Positions 29,184-39,853 are shown, counted from the stretch's first letter. The stretch is DNA of 64,000 nucleotides from Candidatus Latescibacterota bacterium (GCA_965207885.1 OZ242311.1:1568001-1632000); one strand, 5' to 3'. Numbers and translations are program-made. Notes: generated by a model not told the origin, from the sequence alone.

Positions 29184-29462
29184 TCAATAGGAATACTTGA
29201 CGTAATACCAGGCTATTCCTATACCGAGAAAGCTCAACACATTGAAGTTGAGCGAAAAACCAAGTGTAAGGGTCATAACGATCAAGTTGATCTCAATGGG
29301 ATTGAGCTTATAGACATAAGATTCAATAAGCACTTTTTCTACCACATTATTTTCCAAACCGAGACCGTCAAAAATAACAGCGAGGATCTGACCAACCACG
29401 TTACCGGCAAGAATGCCGATAACAATCGCAACAATGAGAATTCCCAGACTTTTTCGCCCCAT
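29184..29462 (-). CDS. DUF4321-like small membrane protein
   Basis: N-terminal TM segment; P--INL-V-TLTLGF-LNFN--SFLG pattern. Confidence 0.7.
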   Translation of the reverse strand: MGRKSLGILIVAIVIGILAGNVVGQILAVIFDGLGLENNVVEKVLIESYVYKLNPIEINLIVMTLTLGFSLNFNVLSFLGIGIAWYYVKYSY

Positions 29463-29490
29463 AACCGCGCTTTTTTAAAAAGGTGAATTT

Positions 29491-30222
29491 TTAGTCCCGT
29501 ACATCTGCCACTTCGCGGTTTGTGATAGTGTAATACAACCATCTGAACAGGCCAGATAAGGAAATGGCGAGTGCCATGGGAAAGAATACTTCATAAGTAT
29601 AAAAAAACATAAGCACAATAACACATAGTAGAAAAATCAAGCGAACGCGATCGCGTCTGGTTTCAATAGATAACCTCGAAAATACACTGTATTCGATTGT
29701 ACTGATCATGAGAAATGAGAGCACAACGCACAGGGCAATGGCAATATGAGGCGCGTGGGTACTACTCTGCCACACCCGTTCTGTAAAAAGAATATATGCG
29801 GCCAGAGTACCCGCTGCCGTTGGAATCGGGAGGCCGAAGAAACTCTCTTTGTCAAATCCCTTTAATTGTGCGTTGAAACGCGCCAGCCTCAGCGCACCGC
29901 ACAGAAGAAACAAAAAACAAACGACAAAAGGCAACCAGCGAATGACCAGCAAGGTATCGAGATAGTACAACATGAGCAGAGCCGGGGCCACGCCAAAAGA
30001 GCAGACATCGACAATGGAGTCAAATTGGACGCCAAAGTTGCTGGACGTATGGAAGTATCGCGCAATTTTTCCGTCGCACGCATCGAGAAGTCCCGCAATA
30101 ACGATGAGAAGTGCTGCTCCGATAAAACGCCCATTCACAGCGTAGTACATAGATAAAAAGCCACAAAACAAACTGCTAATGGTAAACAGGCTGGGCAGTG
30201 CTGCTTTGGCATTCATTGACAT
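29491..30222 (-). CDS. pssA: CDP-diacylglycerol--serine O-phosphatidyltransferase
   Basis: DACDGKIAR…FGVQFDS--D--SFGVAP, LRLARFN, FFGLPIP. Confidence 0.92.
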   Translation of the reverse strand: MSMNAKAALPSLFTISSLFCGFLSMYYAVNGRFIGAALLIVIAGLLDACDGKIARYFHTSSNFGVQFDSIVDVCSFGVAPALLMLYYLDTLLVIRWLPFVVCFLFLLCGALRLARFNAQLKGFDKESFFGLPIPTAAGTLAAYILFTERVWQSSTHAPHIAIALCVVLSFLMISTIEYSVFSRLSIETRRDRVRLIFLLCVIVLMFFYTYEVFFPMALAISLSGLFRWLYYTITNREVADVRD

Positions 30223-30237
30223 GACTCCAATCGGGAA

Positions 30238-31356
30238 TTACTCGTTGCGCGGGTCGGCCTCTAAGACGAGTTGGGTATCAAATACGCGACCTCCTCGACC
30301 ACGCAAAATTTTGAGACCAAATGTATCGCCAACAGCCGCGTACCGAAAAGCATCTACGACATCATCTGCACTACTGGTGTGTTTATCGTTGACCATCACA
30401 ATCACATCGCCGGGCAGCAACCCGGCACTTTCGCCCGGGCTGAGGGGATCAACGACGGTGATCAAAGCACCTTTAATTGTCTGAACCCCAAGGGTGCGAG
30501 CAATGTGCGAGTTGATGTTGTGAATGTCCAGCCCGGTCCAGAACTCGCGGCTACCCTGGTCAATGAGCTGGCAGGCCACCTGGATTGCGCGATCAATGGG
30601 CACTGCAAAACCGATACCCAATGATCCGCCCTGTGAAAAAATAAATGAATTAACGCCAATAACTCGGCCGAGACTGTTCACCAGAGGGCCGCCGCTGTTG
30701 CCCGGATTAATTGAAGCATCCGTTTGAATCATGCCTTTGTACGCGCGTTCGTTTTGCTCTGGGCGAACAATGCGATCTACTGCACTAATAACACCAACCG
30801 TAACGGTGGGGTTGAGATCTTCAAAGTGCAGGCCGAAAGGATTTCCAAGCGCGATTGCCCATTCGCCTATAATGACGCTTTCAGATGTCCCAATCTCGGG
30901 AACATAGAGGCTATCGGAATCGATTTGCAAAACTGCAAGGTCCCACTGGCGATCTATAAAAACGTCGAGAACATCAAAACCACGCCCGTCGGGAAAAATT
31001 ACAAAAATTTCCTTAGCACCATCGACAACATGGCTGCTGGTCAGGATATAACCATCGGTTTGGATCACGAACCCCGAGCCGATTCCGGGAATGCGCTGCC
31101 TGTTGGACAAAGGTTCAAAGGGTTCAAAAAAGCGATCGGGATATCGGGGATAATCCCGATCGTAAACCGTGTTGATACTAACGACGGCTGGTGCCACATT
31201 TTCAATCGCTCGAACAATGGCATTTCGGCGCGAAGTATCAATACTTGTACTTACCGCGCTCGTGTTGGACGAAGACCGATTGAGCAGGGGAAATAGTGCC
31301 AGGCCAATGCACAGGCCCAATAGCAAAATCAGCAGGGGGTGCTTCACGGCACTCAT
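30238..31356 (-). CDS. HtrA/DegP-type serine protease with one PDZ domain
   Basis: GSGFV…TSSHVV, DLAV, IQTDASINPGNSGGPL; C-terminal PDZ. Confidence 0.93.
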   Translation of the reverse strand: MSAVKHPLLILLLGLCIGLALFPLLNRSSSNTSAVSTSIDTSRRNAIVRAIENVAPAVVSINTVYDRDYPRYPDRFFEPFEPLSNRQRIPGIGSGFVIQTDGYILTSSHVVDGAKEIFVIFPDGRGFDVLDVFIDRQWDLAVLQIDSDSLYVPEIGTSESVIIGEWAIALGNPFGLHFEDLNPTVTVGVISAVDRIVRPEQNERAYKGMIQTDASINPGNSGGPLVNSLGRVIGVNSFIFSQGGSLGIGFAVPIDRAIQVACQLIDQGSREFWTGLDIHNINSHIARTLGVQTIKGALITVVDPLSPGESAGLLPGDVIVMVNDKHTSSADDVVDAFRYAAVGDTFGLKILRGRGGRVFDTQLVLEADPRNE

Positions 31357-31358
31357 CC

Positions 31359-32099
31359 TCACGGAAGTTCATCGTCGTAAATCACCCTTTCGAGAAACAA
31401 ACCCTGGGCAGGAGCGGATTCTCCGGCACTTTGGCGGTTGCGAGCACCGAGAATATCGTGCATAGATTCGGCTGGTCGCGCCCCTCGGCCCATTTCTACG
31501 AGGGTGCCAACGATGCTGCGCACCATTGCGCGTAAAAAGCGATCACCGGAAATATGAAATGTAAGCCCGTCACTCTGCCGTTGCCAATCGCAGGTATAGA
31601 CCTGGCAGACTCGATTTTCTTTTTCATTGGCCGCCACGCAAAAGGACGTGAAGTCGTGCCGACCAATGAGAACTTTGCTCGCCCGTTTTATCACATTCAG
31701 GTCGAGTTTGCGACGTATATACCACGCATAGTGCCGGCCGATGGGCTGTTTGTTATACCGGATGCAATAAAAATAATAACGGCGCTGGGCATCGAAACGC
31801 GCGTGAAAGTCAAGATCGACATAATCGGCACTTTTGACGGCAACATCGGGTGGTAACATGCCATTGAGCGCGTGCTGCAAGCGATCGAGCGGAATATCGC
31901 GCGAAGGCGTAAAATTGACGACCTGCCCGAGTGCGTGAACGCCCGCATCTGTGCGACCAGACGCCGTAACCGATATCGATGCACCATAGAGTTGCTCAAG
32001 GCGTGCCTGAAGTTCGCCCTGGACTGTGCGCTGGTCGGGCTGAATTTGCCAGCCCTTAAAGTCGGTTCCATCGTATTCGAGCGTCAGGCGAATCTGCAT
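31359..32099 (-). CDS. truA: tRNA pseudouridine(38-40) synthase
   Basis: YDGTDFKGWQ, SGRTDAGVHA, FHARFDA, FLRAMVR. Confidence 0.96.
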   Translation of the reverse strand: MQIRLTLEYDGTDFKGWQIQPDQRTVQGELQARLEQLYGASISVTASGRTDAGVHALGQVVNFTPSRDIPLDRLQHALNGMLPPDVAVKSADYVDLDFHARFDAQRRYYFYCIRYNKQPIGRHYAWYIRRKLDLNVIKRASKVLIGRHDFTSFCVAANEKENRVCQVYTCDWQRQSDGLTFHISGDRFLRAMVRSIVGTLVEMGRGARPAESMHDILGARNRQSAGESAPAQGLFLERVIYDDELP

Positions 32100-32230
32100 A
32101 ATAACGGCCCGCACCAAACGCGAAGAGAGAACGATCCCAACTTCCACAAAAAGCATACAGTTGAAACTCAGTATCGAACAGTTTTGCAAATATACCATCT
32201 CACATGGTGAAAGTCAATGACGAAAAGGGA

Positions 32231-32264
32231 GAACATTTTTTTCAGACAAGTGAACATTTTTTTC
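32231..32264. repeat. 13-bp direct repeat x2 (period 21) in the truA/comEC divergent region
   Basis: GAACATTTTTTTC at 32231-32243 and 32252-32264. Confidence 0.7.
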
Positions 32265-32340
32265 TCTAAATAGCTGAATGAGCACGCCATGAGAGATGGC
32301 ACGAAAATTGCCACAATACGGGTTCGAGAAAGGAAAAAAC

Positions 32341-34713
32341 ATGAGAAGACCCGCATTGTGGACTGCGCTGTACTTTGCTTTGGGAATCAGCTTACACAGG
32401 TATATTGGGGTGTTTCCAGTCCCCACCATACTCTGCGCCTTTGCGGTTATTTGCATTTGCGGCGCAGGACTGTGGTGGCAATGGAATAAAGGGAAAATGA
32501 GCATCCTTTTTGCGGGACTTCTCATTTTGCTGGGTGCATTGAGAAGCGCGCAGAGTCTGGAACGCGCAGCAGATCACTTTGCCCAGTTCTTACCTGCAGA
32601 CCGCACACTTGTCGAAGTCGAGGGATTGGTTTCATCGGACCCCGAAAACATCGACGGCGATTATCGCGTCGTCTTTGACGTAATTCAACTCGTCGTCAAA
32701 GACACGGTGCGCGCTGTAAGTGGCAGGGCGCTAATCAGGTTTAAGGCGGGTACCGCATTGCCCGCCTACAGGGATCGAATACAATTGCAGATACAGCTTT
32801 ATCAACCGGATCCCCCGCGAAATCCAGGCGCATTTGATTACCGGAACTACCTGAAGCGAAGGGGCATTGATGCTCTGGGCACGGTGCAAAAGCCTTCTCA
32901 GATTATTGCACAACGACGCGAAAAAGACGACTGGTGGGCGCAGATCGTATTACCCGTCAGAAGTCTCATTCGCCGGGCAATTGAGCAGAATCTCTCCGGG
33001 GGACCGGCTGGCCTCTTGAAAGGGGTACTTTTAGGCGCAAAGCATGCTGTGCCCAAAGAAGTCAAAACCGCATTTACGCAAACCGGCGTCAACCACGTCT
33101 TAGCGGTGTCTGGACTCCACGTGGGATTGATTGCTGGAGCTATATTTTTCTCGCTAAAGATACTGGGGATCGGGCGGGGTATCACTGCCGCATTGACGAT
33201 CTGCGCGCTGATATTTTACGCGCTGATAACCGGGTTGCCCCCTTCAGTCGTGCGCGCTTCGACGATGGGCTGTGTGGCACTTTTGGGCATGGTGGGACAA
33301 CGCGATATAGACGGTGGAAATATCCTGGGCATAGCGGGTTTGGGGCTGTTAATCGCTCGACCGCAGGATTTATTCGATGTGGGTTTTCAACTGTCATTTG
33401 TAGCCACGGGCGGCATTTTGATCTTTTATCGGCCACTGCGCGATCTGTTACCCCAAAAAAAGGGATGGTACGATACCTGTGTCGCAGGGCCATTGGCTGT
33501 TTCTCTCGCCGCTCAGGCAACGACCCTTCCCTTTGTTGTGGCATATTTTGGGCTGGTATCGGTCATTGGCCTGATTGCAAATTTAATTGTCGTACCACTC
33601 ATAGGCGTTGGCGTTGGACTGGGACTCCTGACTGTATTGGCTTTCGCCTGTTGGGAACCTCTGGCGACGGTATTAAATGCCGCGAATTGGCTCATTTTGA
33701 GCGGGGCAATCAAATGTACAGAATTTATGGCCGAGCCAGAGTGGTCTGCCTTTGAAATAGCGCGTCCCTCCTGGGCTATCTTTGCGATTTATCTGGTCCT
33801 GATTCCTCTGATTCACCCGACTGCCAGACGGCTCTGGAGTACTTATTGTCTCATAATCGCCCTTGTTCTGGCAAATATCGGGATTTGGAAAAATATCTGG
33901 CAAACAGAATCAGCCCTTGAAGTCTATTTTCTCGATGTCGGTCAGGGCGATGCCATTTTTTGCAAATACCCAAATGGGCTAACACTTCTGGTCGATGGTG
34001 GTATTCGCACGCAATACACCGACATGGGAAAGCGCGTGATTCTCCCATTTCTCAAAAGTCAGAGTATCGACCATATCGATGTCGTGGTTGGATCTCATCC
34101 ACATGCCGATCATATTGGTGGTCTGATTTCCGTTTTGGAACACCTATCGGTAGGTCATTATCTCGACGCGGGACAGCACGTCGATTCTTTTACGGGCAAA
34201 CGGCTTGAAGAGGTCGTAAAGACAAAAGGTATCAGATATCATACTGTGGCTGCGGGAGATAGTCTGGTGGGTATTGGCGGTCTGGTCCTCCATCCGACAT
34301 CGGCTTATGTTTCCAACTCGGGACCGGCACCTGATGGCGTGAATAATGGTTCGGTCGTCATTCGAATCGTCTATCAGGGAACATCGATATTGTTGACCGG
34401 AGACATAGAGCACGAGACAGATGGCGACCTGATGCGCTGGGACCATCGCCTGCGCTCAAACATCCTCAAAGCAGCGCACCACGGCTCGCGCACTTCCTCA
34501 ACGCCCGAATTTCTCGCGGGTGTCAATCCCAGCATTGTGGCCATATCGTGCGGAAAAAACAATAGGTTCCGGCATCCTTCGCCAGAAGTTGTGCAGCGCT
34601 TTCGCGAGATGGGGATACAAATTTGGCGAACCGATCATTCGGGTGCAATCGCAGTGAGAATAGACCGCGGACACATCGATATCGTGCCGTGGATAAAGAA
34701 TAATGAACCTTAG
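32341..34713 (+). CDS. comEC: DNA uptake protein ComEC/Rec2
   Basis: NPGAFDY, HVLAVSGLHVG, GFQLSF; MBL domain LDVGQGD, SHPHADHIGG, HHGS. Confidence 0.95.
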   Translation: MRRPALWTALYFALGISLHRYIGVFPVPTILCAFAVICICGAGLWWQWNKGKMSILFAGLLILLGALRSAQSLERAADHFAQFLPADRTLVEVEGLVSSDPENIDGDYRVVFDVIQLVVKDTVRAVSGRALIRFKAGTALPAYRDRIQLQIQLYQPDPPRNPGAFDYRNYLKRRGIDALGTVQKPSQIIAQRREKDDWWAQIVLPVRSLIRRAIEQNLSGGPAGLLKGVLLGAKHAVPKEVKTAFTQTGVNHVLAVSGLHVGLIAGAIFFSLKILGIGRGITAALTICALIFYALITGLPPSVVRASTMGCVALLGMVGQRDIDGGNILGIAGLGLLIARPQDLFDVGFQLSFVATGGILIFYRPLRDLLPQKKGWYDTCVAGPLAVSLAAQATTLPFVVAYFGLVSVIGLIANLIVVPLIGVGVGLGLLTVLAFACWEPLATVLNAANWLILSGAIKCTEFMAEPEWSAFEIARPSWAIFAIYLVLIPLIHPTARRLWSTYCLIIALVLANIGIWKNIWQTESALEVYFLDVGQGDAIFCKYPNGLTLLVDGGIRTQYTDMGKRVILPFLKSQSIDHIDVVVGSHPHADHIGGLISVLEHLSVGHYLDAGQHVDSFTGKRLEEVVKTKGIRYHTVAAGDSLVGIGGLVLHPTSAYVSNSGPAPDGVNNGSVVIRIVYQGTSILLTGDIEHETDGDLMRWDHRLRSNILKAAHHGSRTSSTPEFLAGVNPSIVAISCGKNNRFRHPSPEVVQRFREMGIQIWRTDHSGAIAVRIDRGHIDIVPWIKNNEP

Positions 34714-34735
34714 ACATTGTTGGACAAAAACAAAG

Positions 34736-34766
34736 AAAAAAGCGATCCAGATAGGATCGCTTTTTT
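34736..34766. terminator. Bidirectional intrinsic terminator between comEC and the ncRNA
   Basis: AAAAAAGCGATCC-agata-GGATCGCTTTTTT perfect inverted repeat. Confidence 0.85.
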
Positions 34767-34770
34767 GTAA

Positions 34771-34967
34771 AGGTGGATGAAGGGGTCTTTCCCATCAGCC
34801 TTAGCTGATTGGGGTGCACCAAAATAGGGATGTGGTTTCTTCAGTATGTCGGCCAGTACCATAGTATTATCTCCCCCGGTAATACCATAGTTTGACCGTT
34901 AAAGGCCAACCCAAATTCCTCCTGGACCAATTCAGGGCTGGAAGGTTAGAGCAACCTCCACCCACCT
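34771..34967 (-). ncRNA. ssrS: 6S RNA
   Basis: About 197 nt; 13-bp closing stem AGGUGGGUGGAGG/CCUUCAUCCACCU; nested pairings, a central bubble and an apical stem ACUAUGGUAUUA/UAAUACUAUGGU; own promoter and terminator. Confidence 0.75.
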
Positions 34968-35038
34968 AACATAAAAATACCTGTAACTATATTAAAAATA
35001 TAGAAATATACTAAAAATTTCTTTCAAAGCACACATAG

Positions 35039-35067
35039 AATATATATAGTGAAAGTCCGCGCGTCAA
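35039..35067 (-). promoter_or_regulatory. sigma70-type promoter upstream of the 6S RNA
   Basis: TTGACG-17 nt-TATATT on the minus strand. Confidence 0.55.
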
Positions 35068-35271
35068 CTACTAAATTGACCTTTAATGTCGATTTTTTTG
35101 GGGTGATTGAAATAAGGTCTTGAAACTTAAGAACATTGCTAAATAAAAAAATTTTTAGGGACTCTCAGAGCGGATATGCAGGCTGGATGTACGACATTGT
35201 AACGGAAGAATAACTCTTGAAAAACGCATACGTTTTCGGACGCGGATATTCGGCCTAAGTGTACGATCCCA

Positions 35272-36240
35272 TTATTTATGAGACTCTTCCCAAATACCCA
35301 TTCGATTGAATTTTTCAACCCGCAATTTTGGAAGATTTTCAACGGGTATTTTGACAATCTCTGCAAAAGCGTCTGAAACGGCTTTTTTGAGATTTTGCGC
35401 GGCCAGCTCAAAGTTGCGATGTGCCCCCCCATAAGGCTCCGGCACAATGCTGTCGATGACACCGAGGTCCAGGAGATCTTCAGCCGAGATTTTCATGGCT
35501 TCTGCGGCTTCTGTGCGTTTGTCGCGGTTGCGCCAGAGAATAAGCGAACAGGATTCGGGATTGATCACAGAGTACCAGGCATTTTCGAGCATGAGGATTT
35601 GGTCACCTACCCCAATACCCAGTGCCCCTCCACTCGCGCCCTCACCGATAATAGCAACGACAATGGGAACAGGTAGTCGGGCCATCTCAAAAAGGTTGCG
35701 AGCAATGGCTTCTGATATGCTTCGCTGTTCCGAGGCCAGACCTGGAAACGCGCCCGGTGTATCGACCATACAAAGCACGGGCCGACCAAATTTGGCAGCC
35801 AAATGCATCAACCTCAGGGCTTTGCGATATCCTTCCGGATGTGGCAGGCCAAAATTGCGCTTGAGATTCTCTCTTGTATTGCGCCCTTTTTGCTGCCCGA
35901 TAACGACGATGGGTTGGTCTGCAAAATACGCCAACCCCCCGACAATCGCCTGATCATTTCCACTACAGCGATCGCCGTGCAGTTCGATAAAATCAGAAGT
36001 TATACGGTCGATATAGTCCAGCGAATAAGGGCGCTGGGGGTGGCGCGATAGCTGATACTTTTGCCACCGCGTGAGATTGCGAAAAATCTCGCGTTCGAGT
36101 TTCGCGTGGCGTTTTTCGAGAACTTCAATTGCGTCAGTCACATCCAGACCTTCCGCTTTAGCCCGTTTCCGAAGCGCGGCGATTTTCTCCTCCAACTCGG
36201 CCAGTGGCTGTTCAAAATCGAGATAAGATCGGTCGCTCAT
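35272..36240 (-). CDS. accA: Acetyl-CoA carboxylase carboxyltransferase alpha subunit
   Basis: YLDFEQP, RHPQRPY, PEGYRKALR, DTPGAFPG, GEGASGGAL. Confidence 0.97.
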   Translation of the reverse strand: MSDRSYLDFEQPLAELEEKIAALRKRAKAEGLDVTDAIEVLEKRHAKLEREIFRNLTRWQKYQLSRHPQRPYSLDYIDRITSDFIELHGDRCSGNDQAIVGGLAYFADQPIVVIGQQKGRNTRENLKRNFGLPHPEGYRKALRLMHLAAKFGRPVLCMVDTPGAFPGLASEQRSISEAIARNLFEMARLPVPIVVAIIGEGASGGALGIGVGDQILMLENAWYSVINPESCSLILWRNRDKRTEAAEAMKISAEDLLDLGVIDSIVPEPYGGAHRNFELAAQNLKKAVSDAFAEIVKIPVENLPKLRVEKFNRMGIWEESHK

Positions 36241-36252
36241 GAATGTCTTCCT

Positions 36253-37458
36253 TTATAAAAGTGCGGTCAAAGCCGCTTCAATGCGATCCATGCCCCGGGC
36301 GATATGCTCAGGTGACGCAGCATAGGAAAACCGCAGATATCCCGGCGCTCCAAAACCCGTACCGGGAACGCAGGCGACACGCGCTTTTTCGAGCAGAAAA
36401 TTGCAAAGTGCAACATCGCTGTCAATGCGCCCGCAAGATGACGACCTCCCAATGTATTCAGAGATATCGGGAAAAACATAAAACGCGCCCAGGGGCATAT
36501 TGCAAGACACGCCCGGCATCCGATTGAGACGAGAAACAATTTGATTGCGTCGTTTAACATAAGCTCGCCGCATCGATTCGACACAATCTTGAGGGCCTGT
36601 AAGTGCTTCGAGCGCGGCGTATTGGGAAATCGAGCACGTATTTGTGGTCTCCTGGGTCTGGACTTTAATCATAAGATCAATCAAATTTTGGGGACCTGCG
36701 CCATACCCCACGCGCCATCCGGTCATCGCATAGGATTTTGATACCCCATTGACAGTCAGTGTTCTATCTGCCAGCCCGGGTAACAAAGCGGCAATAGACA
36801 CATGCTCGGCATCTTCGTAGAGGAGCTTTTCGTAGATTTCATCGGCAATCACATAAATATTAGCACCCGCAATCACATCGGCCAGTGCATTCAGATTTTC
36901 ACGGGCATAAACCGTTCCCGTTGGATTGCAGGGACTATTTAAGAGCACAAATTTTGTTCTTGGGGTAATGGCATCCTGAAGTTGCCGCGCCGTCATGCAA
37001 AAATCCGAGTCCTGCGTGGTCGGCACAATGATCGGATTGCCACCCATTAAGCGCACCTGATCGGCATAGCTCGTCCAATAAGGAGCGGGAATAATGGCTT
37101 CGTCCCCCTCCTCTATTAAAACAATAATAGCGTCAAAAATGGTTTGTTTTGCCCCACACGTCACAATAATTTGTGAAGGGTCATAATGCAAATTATTGTC
37201 GCGCTCAAACTTGTCGCATATCGCGTCTTTGAGTTCGGGAATGCCCGACGCGGGATTCGTATATCGCGTATGGCCCGCTTTAATAGCGCGAATCGCAGCA
37301 TCTCTTATATGTTCAGGAGTCTCAAAATCGGGTTCCCCTGCAACGAGAGAAATGAGATCAACGCCCTGTCGTCTCAGTTCTCCTGCCCTGGCAAAAGCCG
37401 ATACCGTCGCAGAAGCCTGAATATTGAGAACCCGCTGTGTAAAAGGAGATTTGGGCAT
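36253..37458 (-). CDS. Class I/II PLP aminotransferase (aspartate aminotransferase-like)
   Basis: GEPDFETP, NSPCNPTG, DEIYE, SKSYAMTGWRVG. Confidence 0.9.
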   Translation of the reverse strand: MPKSPFTQRVLNIQASATVSAFARAGELRRQGVDLISLVAGEPDFETPEHIRDAAIRAIKAGHTRYTNPASGIPELKDAICDKFERDNNLHYDPSQIIVTCGAKQTIFDAIIVLIEEGDEAIIPAPYWTSYADQVRLMGGNPIIVPTTQDSDFCMTARQLQDAITPRTKFVLLNSPCNPTGTVYARENLNALADVIAGANIYVIADEIYEKLLYEDAEHVSIAALLPGLADRTLTVNGVSKSYAMTGWRVGYGAGPQNLIDLMIKVQTQETTNTCSISQYAALEALTGPQDCVESMRRAYVKRRNQIVSRLNRMPGVSCNMPLGAFYVFPDISEYIGRSSSCGRIDSDVALCNFLLEKARVACVPGTGFGAPGYLRFSYAASPEHIARGMDRIEAALTALL

Positions 37459-37466
37459 ATGAAGTG

Positions 37467-38663
37467 TTATGTCGTGTATTCGGCATTTATGCGGACGTAA
37501 TCATAAGTCAGATCACACGTATAAATAGTGGCCGATGCCTCGCCGATGTTCAAATTGATGTCAATATCGATATCGGAAGCACCCAGAGCTTCGATAGCGT
37601 GGTCCTGGTCAAAAGGAAGACCACCACCATTATCATAAATGGGGATGCCAGCCATTGAAACGGCTGTGCGGTCGGGATCAATGTCAACGCCAGCATAACC
37701 CGCTGCACACAAAATTCGCCCCCAATTGGGATCGCGTCCAAAAACAGCGGTCTTGACGAGATTTGAATTGGCGACAGACAGTCCCATAGTGCGTGCATCA
37801 GCCTCGGTACCTGCGCCATCAACGCGAACAGTGATAAGTTTGGTCGCACCTTCGCCATCGCGAGCAATTTGTTTGGCCAGACTAATACAGACTGCATTGA
37901 TCGCAGCCTGGAATACCCGAAGGTCTTCGCCTGCGAGTTCGCTCTTCCTCGCCGCGCCATTTGCCAGAGCCAGAACCGTATCGTTGGTACTCATATCGCC
38001 GTCAACAGTAATGCAATTAAAAGATTGTGTAACAGCTTCACAAAGCGCGTCCTGGAGTACCCCTGGGGAAAGCGCTGCATCCGTGAGCACAAAAGCGAGC
38101 ATAGTCGCCATATTTGGCGCAATCATACCCGCGCCCTTGGCTATCCCGGCAATGGTGATCTCGCACCCATCTATTTCACATCGCACAGATGCTTTCTTCG
38201 GCACGGTATCAGTCGTCATAATTGCCTCTGAAGCATCGTCCCATCCCCCAACATCGAGTTGCGGAATAATATTTCGGATACCCGTTTCAAGACACCCCAT
38301 CGGCAAAGGCACACCGATGACCCCCGTCGAATTGACCAGCGCGTCTTCTGGTGCAACATCCAATCCACTGCCCACCCATTGCGCCATCTGCCGCGCATCG
38401 GCCATGCCCTGATCTCCGGTACACGCATTGGCATTTTTGCTATTGACCACAACGGCTCGCGCCCGTCCATTTTGCAGGTTTTCCCTATTGAGATGCACGG
38501 GTGCTGCACACACGCGATTAGTCGTAAACATCCCCGCTGCCGAAGCCGCTCGATCAGAAACAATAAGCGCGAGATCTTTCTCATCCCCATCTTTGAGACC
38601 ACAATGAAGTCCCGCGGCCTTATAGCCTTTTGGAGGACAGATAGTTTTTTCATTAATCGCCAC
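37467..38663 (-). CDS. argJ: Bifunctional ornithine acetyltransferase/N-acetylglutamate synthase
   Basis: FTTN, STGVIG, IMTTDT, KGAGMIAPNMATML, DGEGATK, INAEYTT. Confidence 0.96.
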   Translation of the reverse strand: MAINEKTICPPKGYKAAGLHCGLKDGDEKDLALIVSDRAASAAGMFTTNRVCAAPVHLNRENLQNGRARAVVVNSKNANACTGDQGMADARQMAQWVGSGLDVAPEDALVNSTGVIGVPLPMGCLETGIRNIIPQLDVGGWDDASEAIMTTDTVPKKASVRCEIDGCEITIAGIAKGAGMIAPNMATMLAFVLTDAALSPGVLQDALCEAVTQSFNCITVDGDMSTNDTVLALANGAARKSELAGEDLRVFQAAINAVCISLAKQIARDGEGATKLITVRVDGAGTEADARTMGLSVANSNLVKTAVFGRDPNWGRILCAAGYAGVDIDPDRTAVSMAGIPIYDNGGGLPFDQDHAIEALGASDIDIDINLNIGEASATIYTCDLTYDYVRINAEYTT

Positions 38664-38680
38664 AATAAACCTTCTTTCGA

Positions 38681-39853
38681 TTAAAAAAGCGCGCGTTTGA
38701 CATTGCGAACAGCCTGGCGGATTCGGTGTTCATTTTCGACCAGAGAAATGCGTACATATCCCTCGCCCATATCGCCAAAACCAATACCGGGAGAAACCGC
38801 GAGTTCGGCCTCCTCCATGAGCTTGAGGGAAAAATTCATAGAACCGAGATACCGATACTTTTCTGGAATGGGCGCCCAAACAAACATCGACGCCTTGGGC
38901 TTGTTGACGGGCCAACCAATGCGATTGAGACCTTCTACCAGCGTATCCCTGCGGCTCTGATACATAGCGGCCGATTGCTGTACGCAGTCTTGCGGGCCAT
39001 CAAGCGCGGAAATTGCAGCGACCTGTATGGGGGTAAAAACGCCGTAATCGTAGTAATTTTTAATCACGGAAAGCGCTTTAATCACCTCCGGATTTCCAAG
39101 GCAAAACCCGACGCGCCAACCGGCCATATTATAGGACTTGGACATCGTGTAAAATTCAACCCCCACTTCTTTTGCACCCTTAACCTGCAAAAGACTGGGT
39201 ACACAGGTATCGTCAAACGCAATATCCGAATAGGCCATATCGTGAATAACAATAATATTTTGACGGCGGGCAAAAGCCACGATCTCCTCAAAAAAAGAAA
39301 TATCAACAGTAGCCGTGGTGGGATTGTGGGGAAAATTAAAAATCATCACTTTGGGTTTGGGCCACAATTCTCGCGGGATCATTTGCAGGTCTGGCACAAA
39401 TTCTTTTTCCGGGCGCAAAGGCATGCTGAAGACATTGCCATTGGCAATCGCAACACCATAAAGATGCAGGGGATATGCCGGATTTGGCACAATGGCGAGA
39501 TCGCCCGGATCGAGAAGCGCGAGACAAATATGCGCCAACCCCTCTTTCGAGCCAATCGTGACAATAGCTTCTGTTTCCGGATCGAGATCAACGCCAAAAC
39601 GGCGTTTGTAATGGCGACAAATCGCCCGCCTCAAAGCCGGAAGGCCCGCCGATGGCGAATATCCATGCGTCTTGGGGTCGCGAACAACCTCAGTGAGTTT
39701 ATCGATAATATGTGGCGGCGTCGGCTGATCGGGATTGCCCATACCCAGATCAATAATATCAACGCCCTTGCGCCGCAGGTACATCTTGCGGGCATTGACC
39801 TCGTGAAAAACATAGGGCGGCAAGCGTTCAATGCGGCGAGAATTGATTTGCAT
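38681..39853 (-). CDS. Class I/II aminotransferase (AlaC/LL-DAP aminotransferase-like)
   Basis: LPPYVF, DLGMGNPD, IGSKEG, NFPHNPT, SKSYNMAGWRVG, ENEHRIRQA. Confidence 0.88.
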   Translation of the reverse strand: MQINSRRIERLPPYVFHEVNARKMYLRRKGVDIIDLGMGNPDQPTPPHIIDKLTEVVRDPKTHGYSPSAGLPALRRAICRHYKRRFGVDLDPETEAIVTIGSKEGLAHICLALLDPGDLAIVPNPAYPLHLYGVAIANGNVFSMPLRPEKEFVPDLQMIPRELWPKPKVMIFNFPHNPTTATVDISFFEEIVAFARRQNIIVIHDMAYSDIAFDDTCVPSLLQVKGAKEVGVEFYTMSKSYNMAGWRVGFCLGNPEVIKALSVIKNYYDYGVFTPIQVAAISALDGPQDCVQQSAAMYQSRRDTLVEGLNRIGWPVNKPKASMFVWAPIPEKYRYLGSMNFSLKLMEEAELAVSPGIGFGDMGEGYVRISLVENEHRIRQAVRNVKRALF

